DNA from: Octopus vulgaris
Taxonomy: Eukaryota
Length of the DNA stretch: 64,000 nucleotides
Assembly: GCA_951406725.2 (NCBI GenBank)
Contig: OX597833.1
Span: 37,200,001-37,264,000 of the forward strand
Reading direction: 5' to 3'
Shown here: positions 13,406-25,295 of the stretch, in pieces
Position numbering within the stretch: position 1 is the first letter of the stretch
Layout of the letters: each line of letters opens with the position of its first letter
Program-made: the position numbers and the translations under genes
The notes under the pieces: model-generated
What the model saw: the letters and a program-made list of their open reading frames with translations, nothing else
Database searches by the model: none
Told to the model about the DNA's origin: nothing

Positions 13406-14689
13406 CTCCAGCTTTATATTCTGAATTCAAGTGTTGCCAAGGTCAACTTTGCTTTCCATCCTTCTAGGATTGATTAAATAAATACCAGTTGAGCAATGTG
13501 ATTGATGTAATCGACTAACCTCTCCCCACAAAATCTCAGGCTTAGTGCCTATAGTAGAAAGGGTTGTTATAATAATAATAATAATAATAATAATAAAAGC
13601 TATAAACAGAACTGTTAGTGTGTTGGACAAAATGCTTAGTAGCATTTTGTCTTTGCCTTCCATACTTTTGGGTTCAATGAAATAGTGTACTGGTATCTAT
13701 GTAATTGATTAACACCCCCAACCCCATCCAAGTTGCTGTCATGATTTTAAACAAATTTTATTATTATTCATTTTAATGTCCACTTTTCTGTGCTTTCATG
13801 AATCGGACAGAATTCTTACAGGGATGGATTGCATTTAGAAGCTATTCATATATATGTGTATTTCAATTGACATAATAACAAATATGTTTCTGTGTTTCTG
13901 GAATGAATTAGACCCATTACCAAAGGGTCCATTGTGTGTGCGTGCACGCACTACACATGGGGTGAGCTGCTTTCAGTTTCTGTCTACCAAATCCATTCAC
14001 AAGGTTGGAGCTTTGTAGAAGACACCTATCCAGGGCTCCATGCAATCAGACTGAATCCAAAACCTTGTGGTTTGGAAGCAAACTTTTTAACCACATGCTT
14101 GAGCCTGTGTATGTATTTATAATGTTGATAGTGATGGAGTTTATTTTTTTGTATTTAGTTGCTATTCCTTTAACATCATCTTTGCCCAAGAACATAAGAA
14201 AAAATAGCCTGCATGTTATATGACTCCAGCACTGCAAACCATAACCTACTATTACTCTTTATAGTACTTATCACTCAGCAACCAATTTTACAGAATCCAT
14301 TTTAATTTTCATTTGACATCACAATCTCCACCCTGTTTTAAAACTTTTTGCATTGAAGATACCTAAAAAAAGAAAAGTGAATTTAGATTATGCGTAATTC
14401 ATTGCTTAAGTGGTATATTTCTTTAAAAAGTTATCAAAATTAGTGATTTTAAATGAAAAATTAAATGCTTAATTCTTTTAAAAGTTACGATTAAATCTGA
14501 TTAATAAATTTTTCTTAAATATAAATTGCAATATTATAATTATTTAACACAAATGATCATGCAAACACCTCTATATACATACAGCTGAAAATGTAGTGAA
14601 TATTTGGATAGTTTTTACAGCTGGCAAATCTGTTTTTGTCGTTAGCAAACTTTATACTTTGTTATCATTTATGGTTATATAAAGTAACT

Positions 14690-14900
14690 AGTAGGCTGAA
14701 TTGTCAAAGCCTGAGACAAAATGCTTAGTGACATTTTTCCCCCAGCTCTTTATGTTCAGAGTTCAAATCCTCCCAAGGTCAACTTAGCTTTTTATTCATC
14801 TGGGTTTGATAAAATAAAGTACTAGTACTGGGACTGGTAGTATCAACTACTCTCCATCTCCTCAAAATTACTGACCTTCTACCTAAATCAGAAACCATCA
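14690..14900 (+). mobile_element. degenerate Nin/Deu-domain tRNA SINE
   Basis: Same head, B box and core as 13164-13405. Confidence 0.7.
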
Positions 14901-15291
14901 TTTATGGCTATCCCAGAAATGTTCAATTACCATATTTTGGAGACAGAAGAGGCATTTAATGATGATCTTTTTTTATCTAATAAATTATATCTGTCTTCCT
15001 TTTTCCTTGTCAATTACTTTTTTATATGAGCTTTTATATCCAAATTAATAATAAATTAAAAAGAAAATTCCTTAGATTTTTTTTTTCTTTTCTTAATACT
15101 TTAAAAGGAAAGGTTCCCTGATTGAATTAATATCATGTTTTATTTGTTTTATGTAAATAAAAAATATTATCAATGTGATTTGTTGCTTATAAATAAATTA
15201 ATTATTTTCTACTGCTTTAAGACTATTCCCAAATGATAGAAACAGAATATTATGCAACTTTATTTTCTATTGTTTCTTTTTCTTTATTTAG

Positions 15292-15355
15292 AAACTACAA
15301 AATATTTTATTGGTTTATGGCTTACTATGAAATGATTACTATTCATAGCCTACAG
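15292..15355 (+). other. candidate 64-nt exon of the miRNA host transcript
   Basis: A long polypyrimidine tract ends in TTTAG at 15291, and the donor is CAG|GTAAGT at 15356. It lies about 200 nt upstream of miR-100 and encodes no recognisable protein. Confidence 0.45.
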
Positions 15356-15550
15356 GTAAGTATACCTACTTGCTAATATACACCTTGTATTATGTATTTG
15401 AAAATCTCAAAAGCAGCCTTTTAATCTGTATGCAATTAAAATACAATCACCAGAAAGATGAGATGAATGAATACTGGATTCTTGTTTTAACACATTATGT
15501 TTGCTATTTCCCAAGGCTCTACCTCCTTAACTTTTTCCTTTTGTGCGTGG

Positions 15551-15631
15551 CCTGGTTACACAAACCCGTAGCTCTGGACTTGTGTTGAGGTTGGGTCACA
15601 AGCTCACGCTTATGGGTCAGTGTCGCTATGG
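15551..15631 (+). ncRNA. mir-100: pre-miR-100 (miR-10/99/100 family) hairpin; 5p arm 15563-15584, 3p arm about 15599-15620
   Basis: The 5p arm AACCCGTAGCTCTGGACTTGTG matches canonical AACCCGTAGATCCGAACTTGTG at 19/22 with an intact seed. The 3p arm CAAGCTCACGCTTATGGGTCAG resembles miR-99/100 star arms. The arms pair, there is a basal stem, and let-7 lies 1.3 kb downstream on the same strand. Confidence 0.93.
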
Positions 15632-16934
15632 TAAGTGAAATTAGTAGTCTTGTATTATATTTTATGCGCTGTCAATGACCACACAGCTGCTACTGTCTAA
15701 TCGGCAGTAAATGTACTACTGGATGAGCACTAGAAGGAAAAGAGAAAAAAATAGAGGAAAAGAAACAAGAAAGACATTTCCTGTCCCCAACCACTTACAG
15801 TATTGCCTTTACATCATACTTAAGGACTTGAGATACACGTAACATTTAGATGGATGACTTTGAAAATGATGATAGAAACTGAGGGAGGGATCTAAAGTGC
15901 AACATGAAACAACATGATTGAATAATGTATGAGTTATTTAATTTCATCTTAATTCATTTTCACAAATCTAAATTAGATGTTTATTTTCTTTCATGTAATT
16001 TTTTATTTATTTTCCCATTTGTATCTTGAAAATCATGTTCATTGTTCAAATTTCTAGCCTGTATGTCTTATTTTATTCAATTCCCACTTATTCAATCACA
16101 ACTTTTAGTAGTTTTTTTATTTCTTTTAATAGCAGCTTTACCAAAACATTATTGCTTTAAATATTTAGTTCCTTATTATTTAAATCTACCAATACTCTAG
16201 ATATATTTTATTCATTCTCAGTTATTTATTTTTTAACTATATTATTGATAATTACATTTAAGATATCAAATAAGTGTTTTGTTGTTGTTGCTGTCATTAT
16301 CATCATCATTTATCATCATCATCATTTATCATCATCATCATCATCATAATCATCATCATTAAAAGAACCAATATTGGGAATATAAGGTGTAAGTAATATT
16401 TTAAATAATTTAGAACTTTGGATTAAAAAAAAAAAACTATTAATTGATTTTTGTCATTATTATATGGATTAAAAAATTCATTGAAATATTTCAAAGTTTC
16501 AATACTCAGAATACACAATGTTAAAGAAATTCATTTTAAATAAATAACATTAAATAATAACCATTATTTATTGATCAATAAACTTTATAAGTGAAATTAT
16601 TATCGTGTATTTGTTGTATTTTCTTTGTTAAATATATTTCTATTGTATCTTTCTAATCTCCCTATAAGTAATTGGCAAAAATTAGAGATTCTGTTAAAAT
16701 ACAAGTTTTGAGAATTGTTTCCAAAAATATATTTTGGTAAAATGTGTTGGTTCATGTCAATTATAATTGGCATCATTGTATGATTATACCATTAATTGTC
16801 TATGTGCAAATAGATAGCTCATATTTTTCTTCATCTCCCCTTTCTCTCCTAAATTTTATATAAAGTCAAAAAAATCTCTTTCCCTATTCTTGCATATATG
16901 TGAAATACTAAGCTGACAACGAGGAGAAAAGTTT

Positions 16935-17024
16935 ATGACCCCAGACTGAGGTAGTAGGTTGTATAGTTAAGAAATACACCATTTCAAGGAGAACTGTACA
17001 ACCTTCTAGCTTTCCCTGGGGCAT
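16935..17024 (+). ncRNA. let-7: pre-let-7 hairpin; 5p 16947-16968, 3p 16994-17015
   Basis: Exact TGAGGTAGTAGGTTGTATAGTT. The 3p arm is CTGTACAACCTTCTAGCTTTCC and the basal stem is CCCCAG/CTGGGG. GGAG lies in the loop (16988-16991), and CNNC (CAAC, 17032-17035) lies 17 nt after the 3p end. Confidence 0.99.
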
Positions 17025-18829
17025 GAATGAGCAACACTTAAACACATCTATTCTGGCGTTTCAGCAACGCTGAATGCATCATTGTTTATCCGTCTACCAG
17101 TTACAATAATTGCAGGCAAATCTCATGCAGTCCTGTCCTGAATTTAAAATATATAAATAAAATGAGTAGAGGCTGCTTTTGGTTGTGTCAGATTTGTTAG
17201 CTGGCATTTAATGAAAAATTTTTTTATATTTGTCATTTTTTTAATATATTTGCAAAGATGATCATGAATATTATGAAATTGTTTTCAATGTTTGCTTATT
17301 TATTTTTTCACATTATTTTTATTTATATTATGACACTTAATATCTTTCTGTACATTATAATAGCTATAATTGAAACATTGACTATTTTTCACTGTTTGCT
17401 AAGTTACTGCTTTATTAGCTTCTTATTTTATTAAATTCAGCTACATTAAAGTTTTAAATTTCTAACTATTACTTCAAAATAGTTTTCGTTTAACAAGAAT
17501 AAATGTGCTTGGATTATAATTTTAATTTTTAAGCAATAATCTAATTTAAATTATTTTTTAATTACAGAATTAAAAATCCCTTTTTATGGAAATTTTACCA
17601 ACCTCTCCTCCCTAATTTTTCCATGTTATTGAAAAGAATTGTATAAATTAAAATTTTTATTTGTAAAAATTGCAAAATTTTTTTAATATAAAGAAAACTT
17701 TATTCTGTTATCAGTACTATTAATATTTTTTATTCGAATTTGTTGATAGAAAAAGCATAATTTAAGTTATTGTAAATTTTTCATTTTAGAACATAATTCC
17801 TTTGCAAAATTAAGGCAAAAATCCTGGATATTCCATACTAAAATATGTTAAACAAATAAATTACTTTTATCAAAGTAATCTTCAAGTTCATTTTATATTA
17901 TTTTGGTTCTGCTAAATAATAGATTTGGTAAATGATAAGATTTATATTTTAAAAAAAAAAGCCTATTTATTTGATACCTAGTTTATTTAATAATTGGCTA
18001 ATTTTCATAGCTGTTTTACTGAAACTAATTTTAGTTGATTTATTTATTACTGTTTAATTTGTCCAGTTAAGAATTTAAGGAGTAAAAGGTTTATTTTTCA
18101 TTTTACGTCATAAGTCTCTCATTGATTTTCAATTCAAAGCAACTATTAGTCTTTTCCAGAGAAAAAAAAAGATTATATATATATAAACATATATATAGTT
18201 CTTTCCAGCAAACCAGGATGTTTCCAGCATTGTCTTTTTTTACCTCTTTTGAAGCAAGTGCTACTATTATTCACCAGCTGTTAACCTGGACTGATATGAT
18301 TTATTGTACTGTTGGTGTCTGCAATTCAATTAAAAGTAAGTACAGTTTCTTCATATCCATATTTTTTTCTCCTCTCTGATTTAATGTTGTTTTCTATGCT
18401 TAAGGGGGTTTCACACATGTACTTTAGCAGACTTCATTAAATAATTACTCAAAATCAGTATAATCCTCCATTTGATGTCTTTAGTTCTTTTGCCTTTGTG
18501 TGAAGATGCTTCATTTACAGTTTATGGCTCCTATATTCTCATAGATTCTTTTATAACTATTGCCACATGTTTTCTGAAAAAAATAGACCATTTAGTTTGG
18601 GAATTAGATATTGAATTACTATCCTTTCAATATTAAAAATTTCTTTGGAACTTTGTTTATTTCATAATGAACATTGAAAGAATGTGGTAGAACTTTGTAT
18701 ATTGCAACATATTGTATGATTTGCATATCCTTTAACTTTCCTGCAATTGATAAATTATATATTCATGTATGTTAGAATGATGGTGTGTGTGTGTGTGTGC
18801 CTGCATGCATGCATGCATGCATGCATGCA

Positions 18830-19060
18830 TGCAGGTGTATGGCTTAGTAATTAGGGTGTTGCACTCATGATTATAAGATTGTGCTGTTTTGATTTGTGGA
18901 CAAAGCAACACATGTTCTTGAGCAAAGTACTTCATTTCACATTGCTCCAGTCCACTCAGCTGGTTAAAATGGGTAATCCTGCAACAGACCAGCATCATGT
19001 CTGGCAGGTGGAGAGTATACACAGAATCTGGAAAACCAGCCTTAAGCCCATGGCTTTTTG
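18830..19060 (+). mobile_element. degenerate tRNA SINE (Deu/Meta-like body)
   Basis: A-box-like TGGCTTAGTAATTAG and body TTCTTGAGCAAAGTACTTCATTTCACATTGCTCCAGTCCACTCAGCTG. A related minus-strand copy lies at about 39960-40100. Confidence 0.65.
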
Positions 19061-20139
19061 ATATATATATGAGAAAGATAAGGAGAAAGAAAAAGAAAGA
19101 AATAGTTTAAATATAAAGTTTTTTGGTGATTGCTGTTACACATTGCGTACTTTTTAATGCCTCAGAAGTTGACTATAGAAAACACTAAACTATTCTGTTT
19201 CCTAAAGCATAACTTGTTAAGTATATTTGATACATTTTGTATGGAAAAATTCTAAGTGTACGTGTATTTATTTTAAATATGTGAGAAAGAGAAAAGTTAT
19301 ATAATAAATGCAATAAAAAGATATAAAGGCAGTCTTTAGTTATTATTTAGTAATTCCTCATCAGTGTCCATATAGTGGTAGGTGATCAGATAAGGCATTC
19401 AGTTGCTGTTTCTTGTTATCATTTTTATCCTAAAATTTCATGTGGAACCATTTCAAAGATGATAGGATTTTTTCTTCTTTCTTTCTTTTTTTCTTCTTTG
19501 TGATCGTGGTGGGGAAGTATTACTGTTGCAATAACTGCCAAGACTTCTCGACAACAGTTTGCTTTGTTGAATGGTTAGCTCCTTCCATTTTCACTTTTAA
19601 TAATTATGTGCCATAGAGAAACTTCAACAAACTGGAATGGGGATTATGTTTGAAATATTACATAAAACAAATTTTGATAATACTATTAAAGCCTGTCACT
19701 ATAAACCACAAAATAGACCAAAATTTAAGTAAAGTACAATAATAAATGTCAACATAACTAGGAAATGTTCAGTGTGAAATAATTATCTTAAAATTGCAAA
19801 TGTGATGAGAATTTGAATTGTAATGGTTTTTCAGAAGTTTAAAAAGCATACTGAATGTAAATTTAATAGTTTTTATTTAGAAGTGACTAATTTTTAGAAG
19901 AAATCTTTATTGGCAATATAATAGTAAGCATTAGAAACATCTATTTCAGACAGAAAACTCACTTCTTTATTCCATAATTTTATGCCTCATCATCATTCAA
20001 CACCTGCCTTCCATACTCTGGCATGGGTTGGATAGTTTAACATGGAGCTGGCTAGCTGGGGCTGTCCAGGTTCCTATTGTCTACGCAGCACCAACATGGG
20101 TGCTTTTTCCTGTATGAGTGGAAGACAGTGATTTTACTT

Positions 20140-20503
20140 AGCTAGAAGATATTCGATAACCAAATAAAGGCGGCAATTGTAGAAAGAGAGACGGTAATGA
20201 AATTAATAAATTTGTATTCAAATATAGCTGTAGGCGTAATGCAATACATTCGATATGACAGTTTGCCAGGCGTTATAGAACAGGAGGAATTACTCGCATA
20301 CGTTACGGATGAATGCCCCGAATAGTACAATTGTAATTGTAAATGAAACTGCAAGCTTTGGGGGGCTCGTAAGCCATTTCATTTAATTCATTATAAATAT
20401 TTCATTTCATACCATCCTTTCTGTATTTTTGTTATATGTACCCCATGTCCTGTATTGTATTGTTATGTCCCCTCTTCATTCGGGCCATCGTGCCTATAAT
20501 AAA
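20140..20503 (+). mobile_element. 5'-truncated retroelement 3' end (possibly L1/Tx1-like) inserted in an RTE remnant
   Basis: A CpG-rich open frame KIFDNQIKAAIVERETVMKL...LLAYVTDECPE* is followed by a TGTA-rich 3' UTR ending in AATAAA. RTE tail sequence lies on the left (about 19985) and RTE C-terminal sequence on the right (about 20510-20600). Confidence 0.45.
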
Positions 20504-22649
20504 GATTTCTGTCATTTCCTCAGTGCAGCCCAGTGTCTGAAAATCCTTTTTCACCACTTCATCCCATGTCTTCCTAGGTCTACCCCTTCCATAGGTACCC
20601 CCCACAATTTGGGTTCAGCACATCTTTATGCATTTGTCCTCGTTCATATGCATCATATGACCAAACTAGTGCAGTTTTATACATATATAATAATCCTTTC
20701 TACTATAAGCACAAGGCCTGAAATTTTAGGGGAGGGGACTAGTTAATTACATTGAGCCCAGTGTTTCACTGGTACTTAATTTATCTACCCTGAAAGGCAA
20801 AATCAACCTCGGCGGAATTTAACTTGGCATTTCATTCTTTTGGCTTCAATAAATGAAACACTAGGGTCAATGTAATTGACAATAACAATAATAATAATCA
20901 TTGTTTTCACATCCACTTTTCTATGCTTGCATGGGTCAGACAGAATTTGTTGAAGCAGATTTTCTACTGCCTGTTTCCAAGTATGGCAATATTTTCCTGA
21001 CAAAATTTTGATTGGCCCAGGGCTATAGTAGTAAATACTTTCCCAAGGTGAATATAGAAAAGGTAAATAAAAAGTAACTTGCAATTACAAAACTGATATG
21101 AAGGCCAGCTTCAGAAATCCAGTATAACAGAATCTTGTTATATGAGCCACAACAGCTGTGAGATTCATGTGATTGTCTCTTGAACCCATTGTTGATTGTT
21201 TAGCTTGAGTTGTGTCCTTGGGATCCAGATGTCTCAGTATGTTTAGCTGGCAAACTGCTACCACCATTCCTATGTCACAGCTGAGTAGTTAGTGAAAGGC
21301 AGGGTAGCTGTATGAACATCTGCTCTGATAATGTGCAAGTGGTTCAATTGAGAGGGTATTTCTATATGGTCACTCAATCTAATAGATTTAACTGAAATCA
21401 TATTCTGTATTTTTAAAACTAAAAGATCCATAAGATGATGAGACTAGAAAATGAATGGAATAGTCAATTCTGGAATACTTTGATCGTAGGTCTGCTCATT
21501 TAGAGCTGACAAAGAGTTAGCAAAACAAAATAGAAATATGTAAATATCCCAATTTAAAACTCACACACATGAACATTTTTGTTGCTCCTGTAACTGATGA
21601 GGGCAAAATTCACCCATACATTCACAGACATGTATAAAATAATTCCAGTCAAATATTAAAATCTATCAGTACTCAGTATCTATCATGATTGCTATATGTT
21701 ATCATACATCCAACATGTGTATTTTGGTACAAAAAAATAAATAAATCACTGTGTCATCAACAAAGGCAGTTATACTCTAAACTTAATGCTATAAGTGACT
21801 GACTACATCCTCAGCACAAACAAGACTTGTAAGTAATAGCAGACCATAGTTTTTCATGCCCTGCTTGTTCACTAAGTTGATCGTACAATGCAGATAATAG
21901 GCTTAGTGTGTAGAATCTCTGTAATATTTCACTAAACTTTTTATGCTCCCGTCGTTAACATTATTAGTATATTATGGACACCCTTCTAACATGTTTCTTT
22001 TATATCATTATTAGGCTTTGGAGCTGCTTGACTAAATATTTTAGTCTTCATCGAATTCACATAGGCTCCTTTACTCATCTTACATTTACCATATTTGTTT
22101 ACTTTCAATTGCATCTTATTAGTTTGATTTTGCTGGTCAGTCGTCTACATGAATGCCCAAAGCCATCTAAGTTTTTTAATTCTTCTGTAACTCTACTTGA
22201 ACATTTACCTCTTCATCATGCATTCCACTAATCCTAAGCTTACATTTAAATCCTTATACATCTATCTTATAAGACATTCAACCACATTTAACTTTCTCAG
22301 TTCTCTAAGTTGTCAAAAATATGATTTAATTTTTCTCCTTTATTTTTTCCATAATCAAAATAAATTATATATTTATGCTGGCTTCATGATTTTCAAACAT
22401 CAGATATTTCATTGTTTGCATTTGATCAAGTAAAATAAATATTATTGCCAAAATATTTATCTCTGATATCATTCTAATAATTTCTCATGTCAAGCATTAT
22501 AGTGTTGAAAGCAAGCTTGCCAATGAAGACCAAGTTTTAATGTCTAGTTGAAGCCAATATACTTGCACAAAATGTGCTGTAATTCTTAAGGAAAGGTGTA
22601 ATCTTTAAAACCCATGTTTAATTGTAGAAGTTGGTGAGGAATTATTTAT

Positions 22650-23040
22650 AGGCGCAGGAGTGGCTGTGTGGTAAGTAGCTTGTTTACTAACCACATGGTT
22701 CCGGGTTCAGTCCCACGGCGTGTCACCTTGGGCAAGTGTCTTCTACTATAGCCTCGGGCCGACCAAAGCCTTGTGAGGGGATTTGGTAGACGGAAACTGA
22801 AAGAAGCCCGTCGTATATATGTATATATATATGTGTGTGTATGTGTTTGTCCCCTAGCATTGCTTGACAACCGATGCTGGTGTGTTTATGTCCCCGTCAC
22901 TTAACAGTTCGGCAAACGAGACCGATAGAATAAGTACTGGGTTTGCAAAGAATAATTCCCGGGGTCGAGTTGCTCGATTAAAGGCGGTGCTCCAGCATGG
23001 CCGCAGTCAAATGACTGAAACAAGTAAAAGAGAAAGAGAA
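22650..23040 (+). mobile_element. full-length tRNA-derived SINE (CORE-like body, LINE-derived tail)
   Basis: A box TGGCTGTGTGG, B box GGTTCAGTCC, CACCTTGGGCAAGTG, an internal (TA/TG)n tract, and tail GGCGGTGCTCCAGCATGGCCGCAGTCAAATGACTGAAAC. Many partial copies occur in the window. Confidence 0.9.
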
Positions 23041-25039
23041 ATGCCTCTGTGTTACATTTGGCCTTTCGAGATACATTTTCATATATTTTTAATATAATTT
23101 AAATACAAAGGTTTAGGGTAATATTCTTAATAAATTTATGCATTTATGTAAGGTATTTCTTTCAAGATATTCATTGTGCATTATTGATTATTTTTCATCT
23201 GTTATATGTAACACACTCTGGAAAGGCATTAAGACCATAAAAATTTGAAATGTGACATAATAATTAGATTTAATTAATATTTTCCTTGTAAATATGATGA
23301 TTTAGGCAATGAAACTTATCAAATGAAGATTTTATACAATTTGGATCCTACTGAATACTTGCTTAAATGGAGGTTGAATATTTATATATTTGTTTGGAGA
23401 GAGTGGGGTGCAGTGAACCCATGCATACATAGTATACAAGTAAACACACACACACACACACCCATATATTATGGGTGAAGTAAGGAAGTGAAAATCAACG
23501 TATTGTTTAAAAGTTTGTACATGTCTCAGTTGTTAGTTTAGTTTCTTATAGAGATTTTAACCTCCCACACACCTTCCAATCTCTTATCCTACTGCTGGGT
23601 GATACTACTCAACTGTATTGTAAGAAACATCTGCTTTAAGTTGGGTAGCGTTTCTTCTTTAATCAAGGATAAAATTGAATCTAAAAACAATAATCCTAAA
23701 TGCAGTGCCATAATTGTTAGAAGTTTTATCCTGGTAGCTATTGTTATTTCTTCACAATCAAAGCTTTTATATTATATTGAAAAGAGAACAATGCTGTGAT
23801 TTGTACAATGACAAAGTGATTTTTATGGAAATTGAGCTTGATGGCTTGATTAACGCCACTGAAAAATAATGTTTGTCATAGAATTTTGAGGTATGTTCTA
23901 GTTACTTACAGTGTTTTAACAACCAATAATTGCTTAATATAGAAATTTAATTAATTCCAGCTGAAGATTTTTTATCACTTGACAGCTTTAAAAATAAATA
24001 TTATGTTTTGATATCTCGATTACATTGTAAGATTTGTTATATTTAGATATTCATTGACACATAAAATTGCAAATAATTGTGATACTACAAAATTGTTTCA
24101 TCTAGTCTTAAATATTCCTTATTGGCTAATGTATTAGCCTTGCGCATTGAAACAGTTAAAGTAGTTTCATATTCATAAATTTTCTTAATTTTTTAGCCTC
24201 TAAGAAATGTCATTGAAGCTTCAAAATGTAGTGCTTTTTATTTTAATAATTTACCTTCATGTTTTGTATTTATGTATATTGGATGATTGTGCAGATCTTC
24301 CACATCCCATTTTGTGGGCTGACTAGACATATATTGCTGGAAACATTGCAGGACTTGTCCTTTATTTAGTGACCAGAAGAGGTCTTATTTCAGATCATGG
24401 ATCACAATACCCATCTCCCTACATTGAAGTTCTGATGTGTTTCATATGTGAAACTACTAACACAGTTTTTAAAACAGAGTTCACAGAAACATTCATCTTT
24501 ACTTCAAATACTGGTGTCTGTAATGTCTAATGTCCATTAAAATATTTACTGAGAAAGAAAAAGAAACAAAGGAACCAAATTTCATCCATTCATGTAAGGG
24601 GGTTCATAGTTTATCTTCTTTTCTTTTGTTTAAATTCTCTCTGACAATGAGTATCTGCAGTTATTGACTGGAACACTTTAATTGGAATAAACAAAAGAAA
24701 ATGTTGCTGGGTTTTTGGTCATTGAAGTCCTCCCCACCTGCTTGGGTGTGGTTTCTTCTAGAAAAATTTCTATGAGAAATAGTTTTTAAGTTTTCACTCT
24801 ATTTGATTTCTCATATCATTTCATCATCACTTTCACTATTGTTGCTTTTAATATATGTGAAGCACTTAAAAACTAATGATTAGTGAAAGAAATGAGGGAT
24901 AGAGATAAAGGGAATGGAATTCCCCTTTCAGTGGTTTGTACCAACTAATTTACTTCATTTCAGTACTTGAAGTGAATATTTATAACGTAGTAATAGTTTA
25001 CAAATTCCTTACTGCAAATAAATATCTGAAAGGGCTTGT

Positions 25040-25295
25040 CGGACTGCTTCATGGACCCAGCAGACAAAATGGAGAAGCTGTTGCCCTGGAGGAAGGCAAG
25101 GGAGATGTGCTGGAACAGCCACTATGACTCAAGGTGTTTGCACTTGCAGATAGCCATCTCTTCCCTGATAATGGTGAGCAGGGATATAGTCCAGCGGCTG
25201 AGAACACTTGTGGTCTCCACTGCCACAGGCTCAACCATTAATATGTTAGAAAGTGGCTAATACTTTGACTGTTTGCCCTTCTCAGCCTGACAAGT
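25040..25295 (-). mobile_element. CRE-clade non-LTR retrotransposon C-terminal fragment
   Basis: Minus-strand translation AEKGKQSKY*PL..VEPVAVETTSV..ES*WLFQHISLAFLQGNSFSIL fits the CRE end motif (AE..K..KY, P.AVET, WLFQRISLA..RGNA). Confidence 0.75.

Noticed and set aside
15572-15630. Protein-coding 59-nt exon
   Set aside because: The sequence is explained by the miR-100 hairpin, and its translations match nothing I recognise.
21594-21630. Hammerhead starting CTGATGAGGGC
   Set aside because: No GAAA box follows the putative stem II.
23808-23879. C/D box snoRNA
   Set aside because: The C box is poor (GTGATTT) and the CTGA is too far from the terminal stem.
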